NCBI GenBank assembly: GCA_038882655.1
Contig: JAVZNT010000010.1
Location: 1 to 37,220, forward strand
Origin: Candidatus Bathyarchaeia archaeon
GTDB lineage: Archaea; Thermoproteota; Bathyarchaeia; Bathyarchaeales; Bathycorpusculaceae
Direction: 5' to 3'
DNA: 37,220 nt
Part shown: one piece after another, positions 1 through 9,968 of the stretch
Position numbering within the stretch: position 1 is the stretch's first letter
Layout: each line of letters starts with the position of its first letter
The notes under the pieces: generated by a model
The model's database searches: none
What the model saw: only the letters and a program-made list of their open reading frames with translations
Told to the model about the DNA's origin: nothing
Program-made: the position numbers and the translations under genes

Positions 1-714
1 CGCTTGGGGTTTTCGTTTAATAAAGAAGCTCGCTTCATCCCAAACAGATTTAAAGAGTTTTAGTTTTCCTTCAGCCGCTGCTGCATCCACAGCATTCAGT
101 CCGGCTATTTCCAGATAATCATCAAAAGTTTCTGGCATGCCAAGCTTTTCCGCTGCAATCTTCACTTTTTCTAGGAATCGACTAATCGCAAAGGGTTCAA
201 AGGCTATTTCTAACGGCACACGCAAGATATTTTCCATGGCGACTACGGCGAAGAGCTGAGCGCTCGGATAGTCTCCTTTTGCATAGGCCGAGGTGGCACG
301 GCTCAAGTATATGTCTGACTCTATTACGTGGGTTTCTGTTCTCATGTCAACTCTTTCCCGTGAACCATAAAATTTTGCTATCGAAAGTTTTGTATTTGTC
401 AAAGTCCAGTCTCTATCGTAGAGGATTTGGACTTCGTAGAGCTTTTGGTCAAGTTTTGGGTGTATCGGACCTTGAATTAAATGTTTAGGAACAAAATTCA
501 TGTCTAAGAATAAGTCGCCTATGGAAACTCTTTCCACATACTCATTTTCCAGAGGATTGTTGCTGAGGATTAGCAAGTCAATATCGCTTGAGAGAGTGGC
601 GTCTCCGCGGCTCCAGCTACCGAATAAGCCTACCCCAGAAACAGTTTCGTTGACAACCATTTCTTTTATGGTTTTCTCCAGCGTTTTTCGTAGTTTCTCT
701 GGAAGCTTTATCAT
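1..714 (-). CDS. Pol-beta-superfamily nucleotidyltransferase with a helical, HEPN-like C-terminal region; 3' end runs off the window
   Basis: Not in the ORF track. Hand translation from ATG 714 is open to base 1: MIKLPEKLRK...VGLFGSWSRGDATLSSDIDLLIL (GS..RG...SDxD motif), later YLSRATSAYAKGDYPSAQLFAVVAMENILR. Confidence 0.85.
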   Translation of the reverse strand, partial: MIKLPEKLRKTLEKTIKEMVVNETVSGVGLFGSWSRGDATLSSDIDLLILSNNPLENEYVERVSIGDLFLDMNFVPKHLIQGPIHPKLDQKLYEVQILYDRDWTLTNTKLSIAKFYGSRERVDMRTETHVIESDIYLSRATSAYAKGDYPSAQLFAVVAMENILRVPLEIAFEPFAISRFLEKVKIAAEKLGMPETFDDYLEIAGLNAVDAAAAEGKLKLFKSVWDEASFFIKRKPQA

Positions 715-792
715 TTTGGCGCAGACTCTTCTATTAGATTAGTAGCGTATATCATTATTCAAAATTTGTGAAGGGGATATTTTACTTTAAAC

Positions 793-807
793 CGTAAAAT
801 TTATATA
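793..807 (+). promoter_or_regulatory. Probable BRE/TATA promoter of tfb
   Basis: cgtaaaa-TTTATATA in the divergent NTase/tfb intergenic region. Confidence 0.55.
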
Positions 808-917
808 TTAAAACATTTCATCTGGATAGACACGCGGGGCCGGATGGCGTCTTCTACTCCTGTATAATGGGGAAATGAAAAGGGGACGGTTCTACGCAAA
901 AATTGAAGCGTGAGAAA

Positions 918-1856
918 ATGGGCGTGAAAGAAGGCGGAACCCGTCAACGCTTAGTTGACAAGTGTCCAGAATGCGGTAGTGTAAACCTTATTCACGACTA
1001 TGACACTGGCGAGACTGTTTGCGGAGAATGCGGTCTTGTACTTCACGAGCAAATGATGGATAAGGGGCCAGAATGGAGAGCCTTCACACAGGAGGAGAAA
1101 GCTTCAAGAAGCCGTGTTGGAGTGCCAACATCATACTCCGTCCACGACAAGGGCTTGTCAACAGCTATAAGCCAAGTCGACCGCGACGCCTTTGGCAGAA
1201 AACTCCCGCTTTCAACGCGACTGCAGATGTGGCGCTTAAGAAAATGGCAGATACGCTCAAGGGTGCACTCGTCAATAGACCGAAACTTAGCACAGGCAAT
1301 GGCTGAACTTGACCGCTTGTCAGATAAAGTGTATATTCCACCACCCATCAAGGAGAAGGCAGCCGTCATATACCGTAAAGCCTTAGACAAGGGCTTAGTA
1401 CGGGGGAGATCCATTGCAGCCATAGCTGCTGCTGCGCTTTATGCTGCTTGCCGTGGAAGCGGCACCCCGAGAACTTTAAGGGAGATAGCAGAAGCCAGCC
1501 TAGTGGATAAGAAGGATGTTGCCCGCTGTTATAGGCTTTTGCTCAGAGAGCTTGATGTACAGATGCCCATAGCAGACCCATTAACATACGTGTCAAAAAT
1601 TGCTGAGAAAACAGGAATTTCTGGTAAAACACAAGGACTAGCAATACAAATTCTACGCGACGCAAAAATGAAACGCGCTGCAGCTGGAAAAGACCCTATG
1701 GGGTTGGCTGCTGCAGCATTATACATTGCATGCTTACAAAATAATGAGAAGAAAACCCAGAAGGACATAGCTGAAGCTGCGGGAGTAACTGAAGTTACGG
1801 TTCGAAACCGCTACAAAACATTGAAAAGACAGTTAAACCTCGAATTACCGGATTAA
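918..1856 (+). CDS. tfb: Transcription initiation factor IIB (TFB)
   Basis: Zn ribbon CPECG...CGECG, B-reader GPEWRAF, two cyclin repeats, C-terminal TQKDIAEAAGVTEVTVRNRYK. Start ATG 918 or TTG 903. Confidence 0.98.
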   Translation: MGVKEGGTRQRLVDKCPECGSVNLIHDYDTGETVCGECGLVLHEQMMDKGPEWRAFTQEEKASRSRVGVPTSYSVHDKGLSTAISQVDRDAFGRKLPLSTRLQMWRLRKWQIRSRVHSSIDRNLAQAMAELDRLSDKVYIPPPIKEKAAVIYRKALDKGLVRGRSIAAIAAAALYAACRGSGTPRTLREIAEASLVDKKDVARCYRLLLRELDVQMPIADPLTYVSKIAEKTGISGKTQGLAIQILRDAKMKRAAAGKDPMGLAAAALYIACLQNNEKKTQKDIAEAAGVTEVTVRNRYKTLKRQLNLELPD

Positions 1857-1863
1857 GCCATTT

Positions 1864-2073
1864 TTAACCTTCATTTTCTTCCTTTTCAATTTCCATAACT
1901 ATTGGACCAATATACCCGCAGTCTTCACAAACATATTTCTGGGGAGTCAACCAATAATCAAGACTACTTGACAGATGAATTTTAGGGCTGCCACATCTTG
2001 GACAGTATATTTTTGATGGGCCACGATGTTTTAGAGTCTTAAATACCTCGCGCACGCTCTGTAAGATTCTCAT
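1864..2073 (-). CDS. Small Zn-ribbon protein
   Basis: CPRCGS...YVCEDCGY; directly downstream of aIF1 on the same strand. Confidence 0.8.
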   Translation of the reverse strand: MRILQSVREVFKTLKHRGPSKIYCPRCGSPKIHLSSSLDYWLTPQKYVCEDCGYIGPIVMEIEKEENEG

Positions 2074-2098
2074 GGGGCTTGCACCTTTTGTGGCGTGC

Positions 2099-2407
2099 CT
2101 ACTGAACTTCTATGTTTTCTTCTGGGTACCCAAGCTTTATTAGGTATTGACGGACCTTTTCGCGGTGGTCTCCTTGGAGGATTATTTGGCCGTTTTTAGC
2201 TGTGCCTCCACAAGCACAGAAGCCTTTTAGTTTTTGGGCTAAGCCTCCGAGGTCTGTGTCTTTGTCGTTTATGCCCTCAACTATTGTTGTTGGTCTGCCG
2301 AATTTTCTTGTTTCAAATCTTATGCGAATCCTTTGTTGCTCTTTTCCGATTTCGCCGCAGACACACAAGTCTTTGGGAAGCCCACATATTGGACAGATAT
2401 CCGCCAT
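2099..2407 (-). CDS. sui1: Translation initiation factor aIF1 (SUI1 family)
   Basis: MADICPICGLPKDLCVC, LKGFCACGGTAKNG, ILQGDHR. Start trimmed to ATG 2407; a TATA-like TTTATATA lies about 30 nt upstream. Confidence 0.95.
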   Translation of the reverse strand: MADICPICGLPKDLCVCGEIGKEQQRIRIRFETRKFGRPTTIVEGINDKDTDLGGLAQKLKGFCACGGTAKNGQIILQGDHREKVRQYLIKLGYPEENIEVQ

Positions 2408-2527
2408 GACGCTCAACACTACAATTGCAACGGCTGTATATAAAATTTTCAAATTAAGATAATTATGAGATTGACAAAACGGCATAAAATGAAAAGCTTT
2501 AATGCTTTTGTGCAACCTTTTTGATTT

Positions 2528-3676
2528 ATGCGAGTAGTTGTTATAGGCTGCGGAAGGATGGGTTCAGCGGCGGCTGAAGACTTAGCAAAAAGAATGAGCA
2601 GTGTTGAAGTTTTTGTCGCCGACAAAGACGCGGATAAAGCTAAAGAAACCGCAAGAAATGTTGGAAAAAGCAATGTTAAATGGCTTCGGTTAGACGCCTC
2701 AAACAAAAGCGAGTTAGTAGACACGTTGAAAGATTTTGATTTAGCTTTAGGTTTTTTGCCGCCGAAGTTTGGCTTCAGCCTCATCGAAGCATGTATCAAG
2801 GCTGAAAAGAATCTTGTCGACGTCTCTTATATGCCAGAAAATCCTTTAACACTACATGATAAAGCCGTTAAGGCTGGTGTTACAATTATTCCAAGCTGTG
2901 GATTGGCGCCGGGTATAAGCAACATTCTTGTTGGCCATGCAGTTTCAGAACTTAACAAAACTCATAAGGTTCATATAATGGTTGGAGGGCTCCCAGAAAC
3001 CCCAATACCGCCTTTAGGCTACGTTATTACATGGTCTCCAGAAAGCCTAATAGACGAATACACGAGTAAAGCTCGAATAGTTAGAGACGGCAAAATAGTC
3101 GAAGTTGAAGCTTTAGACGGTTTGGAAGAGGTTAAGTTTCCAAAAATTGGCAAGCTAGAGGCATTTTACACAGACGGGCTTAGAACTTTGCTTTACACCA
3201 TTGGAGGAGTTGAGGAAATGTGGGAGAAAACACTGCGCTATCCTGGACACGCAGAAAAGATAAAACTGCTCCGAGAGTTGGGGTTTTTCACTGATAAAGG
3301 CGTAATCGTTGAAGGACACCACATACCGCCTAGAAAAGTTACTGCAAAACTTTTTGAAGAGAAGCTTGTCAAGCCAAACGTGAAAGACATTGTTGTCTTA
3401 AGGGTTGATGTTATCGGCTTAAAGAATGGAAAGAAAATAAGATACATCTACGACTTGATTGATTTCTATGATGAAAAAAGTGGAACAACTGCTATGGCGA
3501 GAACAACAGCTTTCACGGCATCAATAGTTGCAAAACTGATACTCACAAAGACTATAAACCTCAAAGGAGTTGTGCCGCCTGAAAAACTCGGCGCGGATAA
3601 GGGAATTTGCCAGAAAATTATGAAAGAATGGGATGGCAGAGGAATAAAGATTATTGAAAAAATATCTGTGGACTAA
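2528..3676 (+). CDS. Saccharopine dehydrogenase family / lysine 6-dehydrogenase-like oxidoreductase
   Basis: Rossmann GCGRMG, CGLAPG, VGGLP, TWS, KTLRYPGH, AMARTT motifs. Confidence 0.88.
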   Translation: MRVVVIGCGRMGSAAAEDLAKRMSSVEVFVADKDADKAKETARNVGKSNVKWLRLDASNKSELVDTLKDFDLALGFLPPKFGFSLIEACIKAEKNLVDVSYMPENPLTLHDKAVKAGVTIIPSCGLAPGISNILVGHAVSELNKTHKVHIMVGGLPETPIPPLGYVITWSPESLIDEYTSKARIVRDGKIVEVEALDGLEEVKFPKIGKLEAFYTDGLRTLLYTIGGVEEMWEKTLRYPGHAEKIKLLRELGFFTDKGVIVEGHHIPPRKVTAKLFEEKLVKPNVKDIVVLRVDVIGLKNGKKIRYIYDLIDFYDEKSGTTAMARTTAFTASIVAKLILTKTINLKGVVPPEKLGADKGICQKIMKEWDGRGIKIIEKISVD

Positions 3677-3729
3677 GCAGGCTTTTCAAACTTTATATCG
3701 GCGTTTAATCCAATGGTGATTGAAAAACC

Positions 3730-5823
3730 ATGCCAATAACCAAAATTAGGAAGAGAGATGGAAGAATAGTCGACTTTAACGCTGAACGAATTAAAAACGC
3801 CATACACAGGGCTTTTGTTGCCGTTAAACTTGAAAACGGAGAAAAAGCTGAAAAATTGACAAGTAATATTGTTAGCATTTTAGAAGAAAGATTCGTAAAG
3901 AGAATTCCGTCGGTTGAGGATGTTCAAGATGTTGTAATAGAGGTTTTAAAGAAGAGCGGTTTTGAAGAAGTTGCTTCGGAATATCAAGCTTATAGGAAGA
4001 AGAAAGAGGAGATAAGGCGACTTAGAGAAAGACTTGGGATAGAAGAGCCTAAGCTGACAGTTAATGCACTTGAAGTTTTGAGGAAGCGTTACCTACGAAG
4101 GAATGAAGCAGGCAACATAGTTGAAGACCCAGCTCGAATGTTTAGGAGAGTTGCAAAAGCCATAGCAAGAATTGACCTTAAATACGGCGAAGACCCACAC
4201 GAAGGCGAAGAAATCTTCTACAGAATGATGACAAGACTTGAGTTCCTCCCAAATTCGCCGACACTCTTCAATGCTGGAACAAAGCTCGGTCAGCTCTCTG
4301 CGTGCTTTGTCTTACCCGTTGAGGATTCTTTAGATAGCATTTTTGAAGCTGTTAAAAACATGGCTTTAATCGAGAAAAGCGGCGGTGGTGTTGGCTTTGA
4401 CTTTTCAAGGCTTAGACCTAAAGGTGATATAGTCATGTCCACCAAAGGTGTGGCTTCTGGTCCAGTTAGCTTTATGCGGGTTTTCGATGTCGCCACAGAG
4501 GTTATCAAAGCTGGAGGCAAAAGACGAGGTGCTATGATGGGAATTCTGCGGGTAGACCACCCAGATATTCTAGAGTTTATAACTGCAAAACAGAAACCCG
4601 GTTTTCTCTCAAACTTTAACATATCAGTCGCCATAACTGATGAGTTTATGAAAACTCTTGAGGGGGATGGCGAATACTGGCTGATGAACCCGCGAAATAA
4701 GGAAAGAACTAATAAGCTTAAGGCTAGAGAGATCTGGAATCTTATAGCGAGGTCTGCTTGGGCAAGTGGAGATCCGGGCGTCATATTTATAGACGAGGTT
4801 AATAGACATAATCCCACACCAGAAGTCGGAAGAATAGAGTCAACTAATCCTTGTGGCGAACAACCCCTCTTGCCTTATGAGTCATGCAATTTGGGGTCAA
4901 TTAATCTTTCACGCATGATTGAAAATGGAGAAATCAACTGGGGAAAACTTAGAGAAACCGTTAGGAACGCTGTTCACTTCTTGGACAATGTTATAGACGC
5001 GAACAAGTATCCGTTAAGGGAGATTGAGAAAGTTACTAAGGCGAATAGGAAAATAGGCTTAGGCGTTATGGGTTTTGCAGACATGCTCATCAAGCTCGGC
5101 ATCCCTTACAACTCTGAACAAGCCCTAGAACTTGCAGAAAAACTGATGAGGTTCATCGACGAGGAAGCCCACAAGAAGTCTGAGGAAATCGCCGAGAAAA
5201 GGGGCTCTTTTCCAAATTTTGATGAGAGCATTTGGAAGGATAAGTATAAGGCTATGAGAAACGCCACAGTTACAACAATAGCGCCAACTGGAAGTATAAG
5301 TATAATTGCAGGATGCTCATCTGGAATTGAGCCGCTTTTCGCCATATCCTTCATAAGAAACGTTTTGGATGGGACAAGACTTTTTGAAACGAATCCGTTG
5401 TTTGAAATGGTGACAAAGGAAAGGGGCTTCTATGACGCCCATCTTTTCGAAGAAATAGCAAAAACCGGTTCTGTTCAAAAGATAGACATGGTTCCAGATG
5501 ATGTCAAAAGGGTTTTTGTTACAGCCTTAGACATTGAGCCGGAGTGGCATATAAGGATGCAGGCGGCTTTCCAGAAATACACTGATAATGCTGTTTCAAA
5601 AACTGTTAACATGCCCTATGAGGCAAATGTTGAGGATGTTAGGAAAGTGTTTGAGCTTGCATGGAAACTGCAGTGTAAAGGCGTGACTGTTTTCCGTTAT
5701 GGAAGCAAGCCAGAGCAAGTCTTATACATTGGAGAAGTGAAAACTGCTGAAAAGAGATTTATTTCGGCAGATTCAGAGTATGCTGGAGGTTGCCCAACAA
5801 AAACCTGCCCCTTCCCCGGATAA
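3730..5823 (+). CDS. nrdJ: Class II (adenosylcobalamin-dependent) ribonucleotide reductase with N-terminal ATP cone
   Basis: ATP cone [11 protein letters not shown]; PNSPT, QLSAC, NPCGE, ESCNLGS, TIAPTG, KGVTVFR; C-terminal Cys pair CPTKTC. No intein-sized insertion. Confidence 0.93.
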   Translation: MPITKIRKRDGRIVDFNAERIKNAIHRAFVAVKLENGEKAEKLTSNIVSILEERFVKRIPSVEDVQDVVIEVLKKSGFEEVASEYQAYRKKKEEIRRLRERLGIEEPKLTVNALEVLRKRYLRRNEAGNIVEDPARMFRRVAKAIARIDLKYGEDPHEGEEIFYRMMTRLEFLPNSPTLFNAGTKLGQLSACFVLPVEDSLDSIFEAVKNMALIEKSGGGVGFDFSRLRPKGDIVMSTKGVASGPVSFMRVFDVATEVIKAGGKRRGAMMGILRVDHPDILEFITAKQKPGFLSNFNISVAITDEFMKTLEGDGEYWLMNPRNKERTNKLKAREIWNLIARSAWASGDPGVIFIDEVNRHNPTPEVGRIESTNPCGEQPLLPYESCNLGSINLSRMIENGEINWGKLRETVRNAVHFLDNVIDANKYPLREIEKVTKANRKIGLGVMGFADMLIKLGIPYNSEQALELAEKLMRFIDEEAHKKSEEIAEKRGSFPNFDESIWKDKYKAMRNATVTTIAPTGSISIIAGCSSGIEPLFAISFIRNVLDGTRLFETNPLFEMVTKERGFYDAHLFEEIAKTGSVQKIDMVPDDVKRVFVTALDIEPEWHIRMQAAFQKYTDNAVSKTVNMPYEANVEDVRKVFELAWKLQCKGVTVFRYGSKPEQVLYIGEVKTAEKRFISADSEYAGGCPTKTCPFPG

Positions 5824-5847
5824 AAAAGATGCACGGTTTCGAAGGTG

Positions 5848-7248
5848 ATGCCAGTGAAAGGCTCATTAGGCTTTGTTAACGAAGAAAATATGAGCATGCT
5901 CGCAGACCTTTATGAGCTTACAATGTGTGCAAGCTATTTTGACAATAAGAGACTTGAACCAGCCACATTCGACCTTTTCATAAGGCGTTTGCCCCCAACC
6001 CGCTCATACTTCTTATTTGCTGGCCTAGAACAAGTCCTATTATTTCTTGAAAAAATGAGGTTCACCGAAGAGCACATAGAATTCTTAAAGAGGCAAGGAT
6101 TCAAAGAGGATTTCCTCGAATACTTAAGGAATTTTAAGTTTAGTGGCGATGTTTGGGCTGTTCCAGAGGGCACAGTGGTTTTTCCCAACGAGCCTTTGAT
6201 TAGGGTTACAGCTCCAATAATAGAAGCACAGTTGATAGAAACCTTCGTTTTAAACACTATTAACCTCCAAACTACAATAGCCACTAAGGCGTCTAGGGTT
6301 GTTTACGCCGCTAAAGGTAGGTCTGTAATTGAGTTTGGTTTAAGAAGGGAGCATGGAACAGATGCTGGATTGAAGGTTGCCCGTGTAAGTTACATAGCTG
6401 GGTGTAACGGCACGTCAAATGTCCTAGCTGGAATGATGTACGGCATCCCGGTTTTTGGAACTATGGCGCACTCTTTTGTCATGTTCTTCGACAATGAGAT
6501 GGAATCTTTCAAGGCTTTTGCTAAAACTTTCCCCGATAAGTCAACCCTTTTGATAGACACTTTTGACAACATTAAAGGTGCGGAAAACGCCATAATCGTC
6601 GCCAAAGAACTTGAAAAGATAGGGTTTAGGCTTCGCGGGGTGCGCATCGACAGCGGAGACCTTATGGAAATAAGTCAGAAGGTTAGAAAAATGCTTGATG
6701 ATAATGGGCTTAGTTATGTGCAGATATTTGCAAGCGGAGACCTCGACGAGTATAGAATAGATGAGTTGCTAAGTAAAGGCGCCGAAATAGATGCCTTCGG
6801 TGTTGGAACACGCATGGGAACATCAGCAGACAGACCCTACGTTGACATAATCTACAAGCTATGTGAAAAAATGGATGAGAAAGGGGAATTCCAGCCAATA
6901 ATGAAGCTAAGCGAAAGAAAAGCAACTCTTCCCGGAAGAAAGCAAGTCTTCAGGTTTAAGGATGAAAGAGGAGACTTTGTCAAAGATGTAATCGCTCTTG
7001 AAGGCGAAAACGTCGACGGTGAACCTCTTCTCACGAAGGTTATGGAAAAAGGCAAAATAGTCTACAATTTACCATCCCTTGAAGAAATAAGGAAAAGAGC
7101 CTTCAACAATCTTTCAATGCTTCCAGAAAAGTATAAGCGGCTTAAGGGTGCAGCCAAATACCCGGTTGAGTTAAGCCCCAAACTAAAGAGGTTAATAAGG
7201 GATTTGAGGGAAAAGCTAAAGAAGGCTGAGGGCACAAGTTCTGACTGA
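5848..7248 (+). CDS. pncB: Nicotinate phosphoribosyltransferase
   Basis: DLYELTM, EFGLRR, GTMAHS, LIDTFD, VRIDSGD, AFGVGT, YKL motifs. Confidence 0.95.
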   Translation: MPVKGSLGFVNEENMSMLADLYELTMCASYFDNKRLEPATFDLFIRRLPPTRSYFLFAGLEQVLLFLEKMRFTEEHIEFLKRQGFKEDFLEYLRNFKFSGDVWAVPEGTVVFPNEPLIRVTAPIIEAQLIETFVLNTINLQTTIATKASRVVYAAKGRSVIEFGLRREHGTDAGLKVARVSYIAGCNGTSNVLAGMMYGIPVFGTMAHSFVMFFDNEMESFKAFAKTFPDKSTLLIDTFDNIKGAENAIIVAKELEKIGFRLRGVRIDSGDLMEISQKVRKMLDDNGLSYVQIFASGDLDEYRIDELLSKGAEIDAFGVGTRMGTSADRPYVDIIYKLCEKMDEKGEFQPIMKLSERKATLPGRKQVFRFKDERGDFVKDVIALEGENVDGEPLLTKVMEKGKIVYNLPSLEEIRKRAFNNLSMLPEKYKRLKGAAKYPVELSPKLKRLIRDLREKLKKAEGTSSD

Positions 7249-7273
7249 GGATTAAGCATCTTTCTTTAAGGTT

Positions 7274-7819
7274 TCAACTTCCAAATGTCATTAGAAGGTT
7301 TATGAAGGCCACTTCTAATATGGCGGCTATAAAGAATATAGCGTAAATGTAGGTTAGGTCTTTTGTTTTGAGCGTTCTGCTTAACGTCTTTTTTAGCGTC
7401 AGATAGATGCCGCAGCCCTCCACTATTCCCACGGGCATGCTCATAATCAGTATTTTTGGCAATGCTTCTAGACTGACCTTTCCATAGATTAGGGTGCAAC
7501 CCCTTAATATGCTTAGAAAGATAATTATTACGGTGAAGGTTATGGCGAAGGTTTGATGGTGCTCCAAAACAACATGCGAATATTTCTCCCTTTTAAAGAA
7601 TCCTGAAACAACAAGGCTTACATAGAAGGACATGCCGAGAAGAATCATAGAAATGACAAGCACATTATGTAGGAATATCATTCCAACGGCTAAGAGCTGG
7701 TTTTGTAGGATATCCTTTGCTAGAATTGTAAAGAAAACGGTGTTCTCAAATGAGGAAAAGAATAAAGAGAAAAGAAAGGCTAAGCCTAGTATGATGGTGC
7801 GCTTTTTTGTCTCTTGCAA
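7274..7819 (-). CDS. Multi-pass membrane protein, SpoIIM-like pattern
   Basis: Several hydrophobic helices; IFLHN, PVGIVE and AAILE resemble SpoIIM-family motifs. Family call is tentative. Confidence 0.6.
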   Translation of the reverse strand: MQETKKRTIILGLAFLFSLFFSSFENTVFFTILAKDILQNQLLAVGMIFLHNVLVISMILLGMSFYVSLVVSGFFKREKYSHVVLEHHQTFAITFTVIIIFLSILRGCTLIYGKVSLEALPKILIMSMPVGIVEGCGIYLTLKKTLSRTLKTKDLTYIYAIFFIAAILEVAFINLLMTFGS

Positions 7820-7839
7820 TTACTGAACCTCGCTTGTTG

Positions 7840-8310
7840 TTAAGGCAGTATTGACATAAGCCATCTGATGACCCTTTCTAATAAGTCAGCAAGCAAGCCT
7901 AGCAAGCCAAATACAAAAGCTAGGAGAAGCAGTATTGCCAAGTAGACTATTATTGCGAGTATGCCCACTGCTAATGCGCCAAGCCATCCAGTCTCGTAAA
8001 AGCGTTTGATTAACAGAAGCCAGACAAAAACGCCTACAAATAGTGCTATCCAACCGAGAAGCAAAATGGCGAATACCGTGGACAATACGGTTCCTAAAAG
8101 CGAGATTATGAAGGCGTCTGAAAATAGGGCACGCCTTTTGCCCACCACTATCAGTCCTGCGATGTAAAGGACGACTGTTAACGCAAGAAGTTCAACAAAG
8201 AACAAGACGAGCGCGAAAAGAATGTCCAAACCCTTCAATCCAAAGCCATGTCCGTCAGTGCTCTGAAGAAGCAAAAGCGAGACAATTTTAACCAACAGAT
8301 GCCATATCAT
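7840..8310 (-). CDS. Hypothetical integral membrane protein
   Basis: Almost wholly hydrophobic, 4-5 TM segments; 20-nt gap to the next gene. Confidence 0.75.
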   Translation of the reverse strand: MIWHLLVKIVSLLLLQSTDGHGFGLKGLDILFALVLFFVELLALTVVLYIAGLIVVGKRRALFSDAFIISLLGTVLSTVFAILLLGWIALFVGVFVWLLLIKRFYETGWLGALAVGILAIIVYLAILLLLAFVFGLLGLLADLLERVIRWLMSILP

Positions 8311-8392
8311 TTTGAGCCACCGATGTTAGCATGCTTTGATGTGGGAAAATAAAAATCTATCCATATAAAACAAAGGGAAAAAGAGGGGCTTA

Positions 8393-9412
8393 TCAGATGC
8401 TGCTTTGATAATTTTGGATTATAAGTATGCCGTCTTCTTTGTCTACAACATTGTCTCCGTTTATATCCGCTTGAGGATTCCAGTTTTGGTCGCCAGGTTT
8501 GCTGCCGTATGCAGCATCCCACAACTCCAAGTCTGTTAGATTTACTGCGCCATCTCCGTTTATATCTCCAATAATTTTTATTGTAACATTGCCGTCGATG
8601 AAAATATTGTTCGCTGTGTTTGCTTCGTACGGAACTGGACTTGCCTCTGCTTTGATTTGATATGGCGTTAAGCTGGGCACACAGTTTGAGGTATTCCAAA
8701 CAACCGTTTCTGTGACTGTTTCGCCTGAGCCTAAGTTGGTTATTTGTAATGTTGCAATTAGTTGGTCATTGGCGTAGATTTTCACAGTTATGTTTTCCGC
8801 TGCACTACCCTCATTTTTCACTGTTACATTGATATCTACTAATCGGTTAACGTACGTTGTGTTTGTGGAGGCCACACAGTCAATTATGGCTATATCATGT
8901 CTAATTATCTGTACAAAACCATCCTCAACAATGCATGAAATTGCGCTTCCATCCTTATCCTTTAGAGAAACATCATGCAAATCTAGAGCCGTGGAGCCGT
9001 AGTTTATGGCGGTGAACTCCATATCAAGAAGTTGCGCGCCTTCTCCCGGTAAAGTTATTGGTTGTCCGTATGTGAGCTTTACGTGGATGTATCCTTTCAA
9101 ATCATCGGCATTAGTGTATAATGATGGATATTGATTTTGAACTTTAATTTTGTTTATCTGGTTTAAGACGAAAACGCCTGGCGTGTAGCTCATGTTGAAC
9201 TCGCAAGAAACCATGTTTGTGATATTATACACCGCTATGTAAATGTGAAATGTGAAAGGAGGCTGCTTAGCCTCTTCTATTATCATGGGAGGGTCCACAT
9301 ATATCTTAGCACTTTCTGATGTTTCCCCGAGACTTTGATTTAGAAAAGCTACAATTGTGACCGCCATAACAATGATAACTATAGCCAATGCCACAGTTGT
9401 TTTCTTCTTCAT
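8393..9412 (-). CDS. Secreted or anchored surface protein: cohesin-like + CARDB + dockerin domains
   Basis: Signal/anchor MKKKTTVALAIVIIV; cohesin-like beta domain; CARDB HDIAI...VTVKNEG...NN; tandem Ca loops GDINGDGAVNLTD and ADINGDNVVDKED; GGAGG RBS. Confidence 0.85.
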   Translation of the reverse strand: MKKKTTVALAIVIIVMAVTIVAFLNQSLGETSESAKIYVDPPMIIEEAKQPPFTFHIYIAVYNITNMVSCEFNMSYTPGVFVLNQINKIKVQNQYPSLYTNADDLKGYIHVKLTYGQPITLPGEGAQLLDMEFTAINYGSTALDLHDVSLKDKDGSAISCIVEDGFVQIIRHDIAIIDCVASTNTTYVNRLVDINVTVKNEGSAAENITVKIYANDQLIATLQITNLGSGETVTETVVWNTSNCVPSLTPYQIKAEASPVPYEANTANNIFIDGNVTIKIIGDINGDGAVNLTDLELWDAAYGSKPGDQNWNPQADINGDNVVDKEDGILIIQNYQSSI

Positions 9413-9481
9413 TTCTCCTTCCTCCTACACGCAATAGTATTGGGCAATTTGATATAAACTTGACTGAAAGCGCTTGTCCGC

Positions 9482-9769
9482 TTATACTGTTTTGCTGATT
9501 TCTTCAACTTCCTTTCTGCCCTTTTCCAATTCTTCGACTTGTTCCTTGTCTTCTCTTAGCAGTAATGTTTGAAACTCGCCTACGTGGGTTTTTTCTTCCT
9601 TGGCTATTTCTAGAAGCACTTTTCTAATAGCCTCGTTTTTTGTTGCGACTGCCAGTTGCTCGTAGAGATTTATTGCGTCTAATTCAGCGATTATGGCGAC
9701 TCTCAAGATTTCGCAGTCTAGAAGCTTCTTTTCAACTTTGTCGATTCTGATTGGAATCTGAGACAGCAC
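9482..9769 (-). CDS. Encapsulated-ferritin (EncFtn/Flp)-like half-ferritin
   Basis: ILRVAIIAELDAINLYEQ...IAKEEKTHVGEF closely resembles the Flp domain of Pyrococcus encapsulin as recalled; GTG start with GGAGGTGG RBS. Confidence 0.85.
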   Translation of the reverse strand: MLSQIPIRIDKVEKKLLDCEILRVAIIAELDAINLYEQLAVATKNEAIRKVLLEIAKEEKTHVGEFQTLLLREDKEQVEELEKGRKEVEEISKTV

Positions 9770-9968
9770 TCTTTAAGCCACCTCCATCTAGTTCTTGCCT
9801 TAATCGCAGCGATATGCAATCAACATGCATTAAACCTTTTTGCAGAATGCGAAAATGGCTGGTTGTCACATTCCATTTTACTCTTCTCTTCCTCTTTACT
9901 TTCAGAAGTGAGCTTACATGATATCTGGAAAATCAGAAAAATCGAATGGAAAAAAGTTTAGGGGATAT

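Noticed and set aside
279-742. ORF-track calls 279-488 and 500-742 on the plus strand
   Set aside because: Antisense shadows of the minus-strand nucleotidyltransferase. The many short antisense or nested ORFs inside nrdJ, copB, cdh and the protease gene were rejected for the same reason.
3730-5823. Intein or frameshift in the RNR
   Set aside because: Motifs are contiguous at the usual insertion points (NPCGE, QLSAC) and a C-terminal Cys pair is present.
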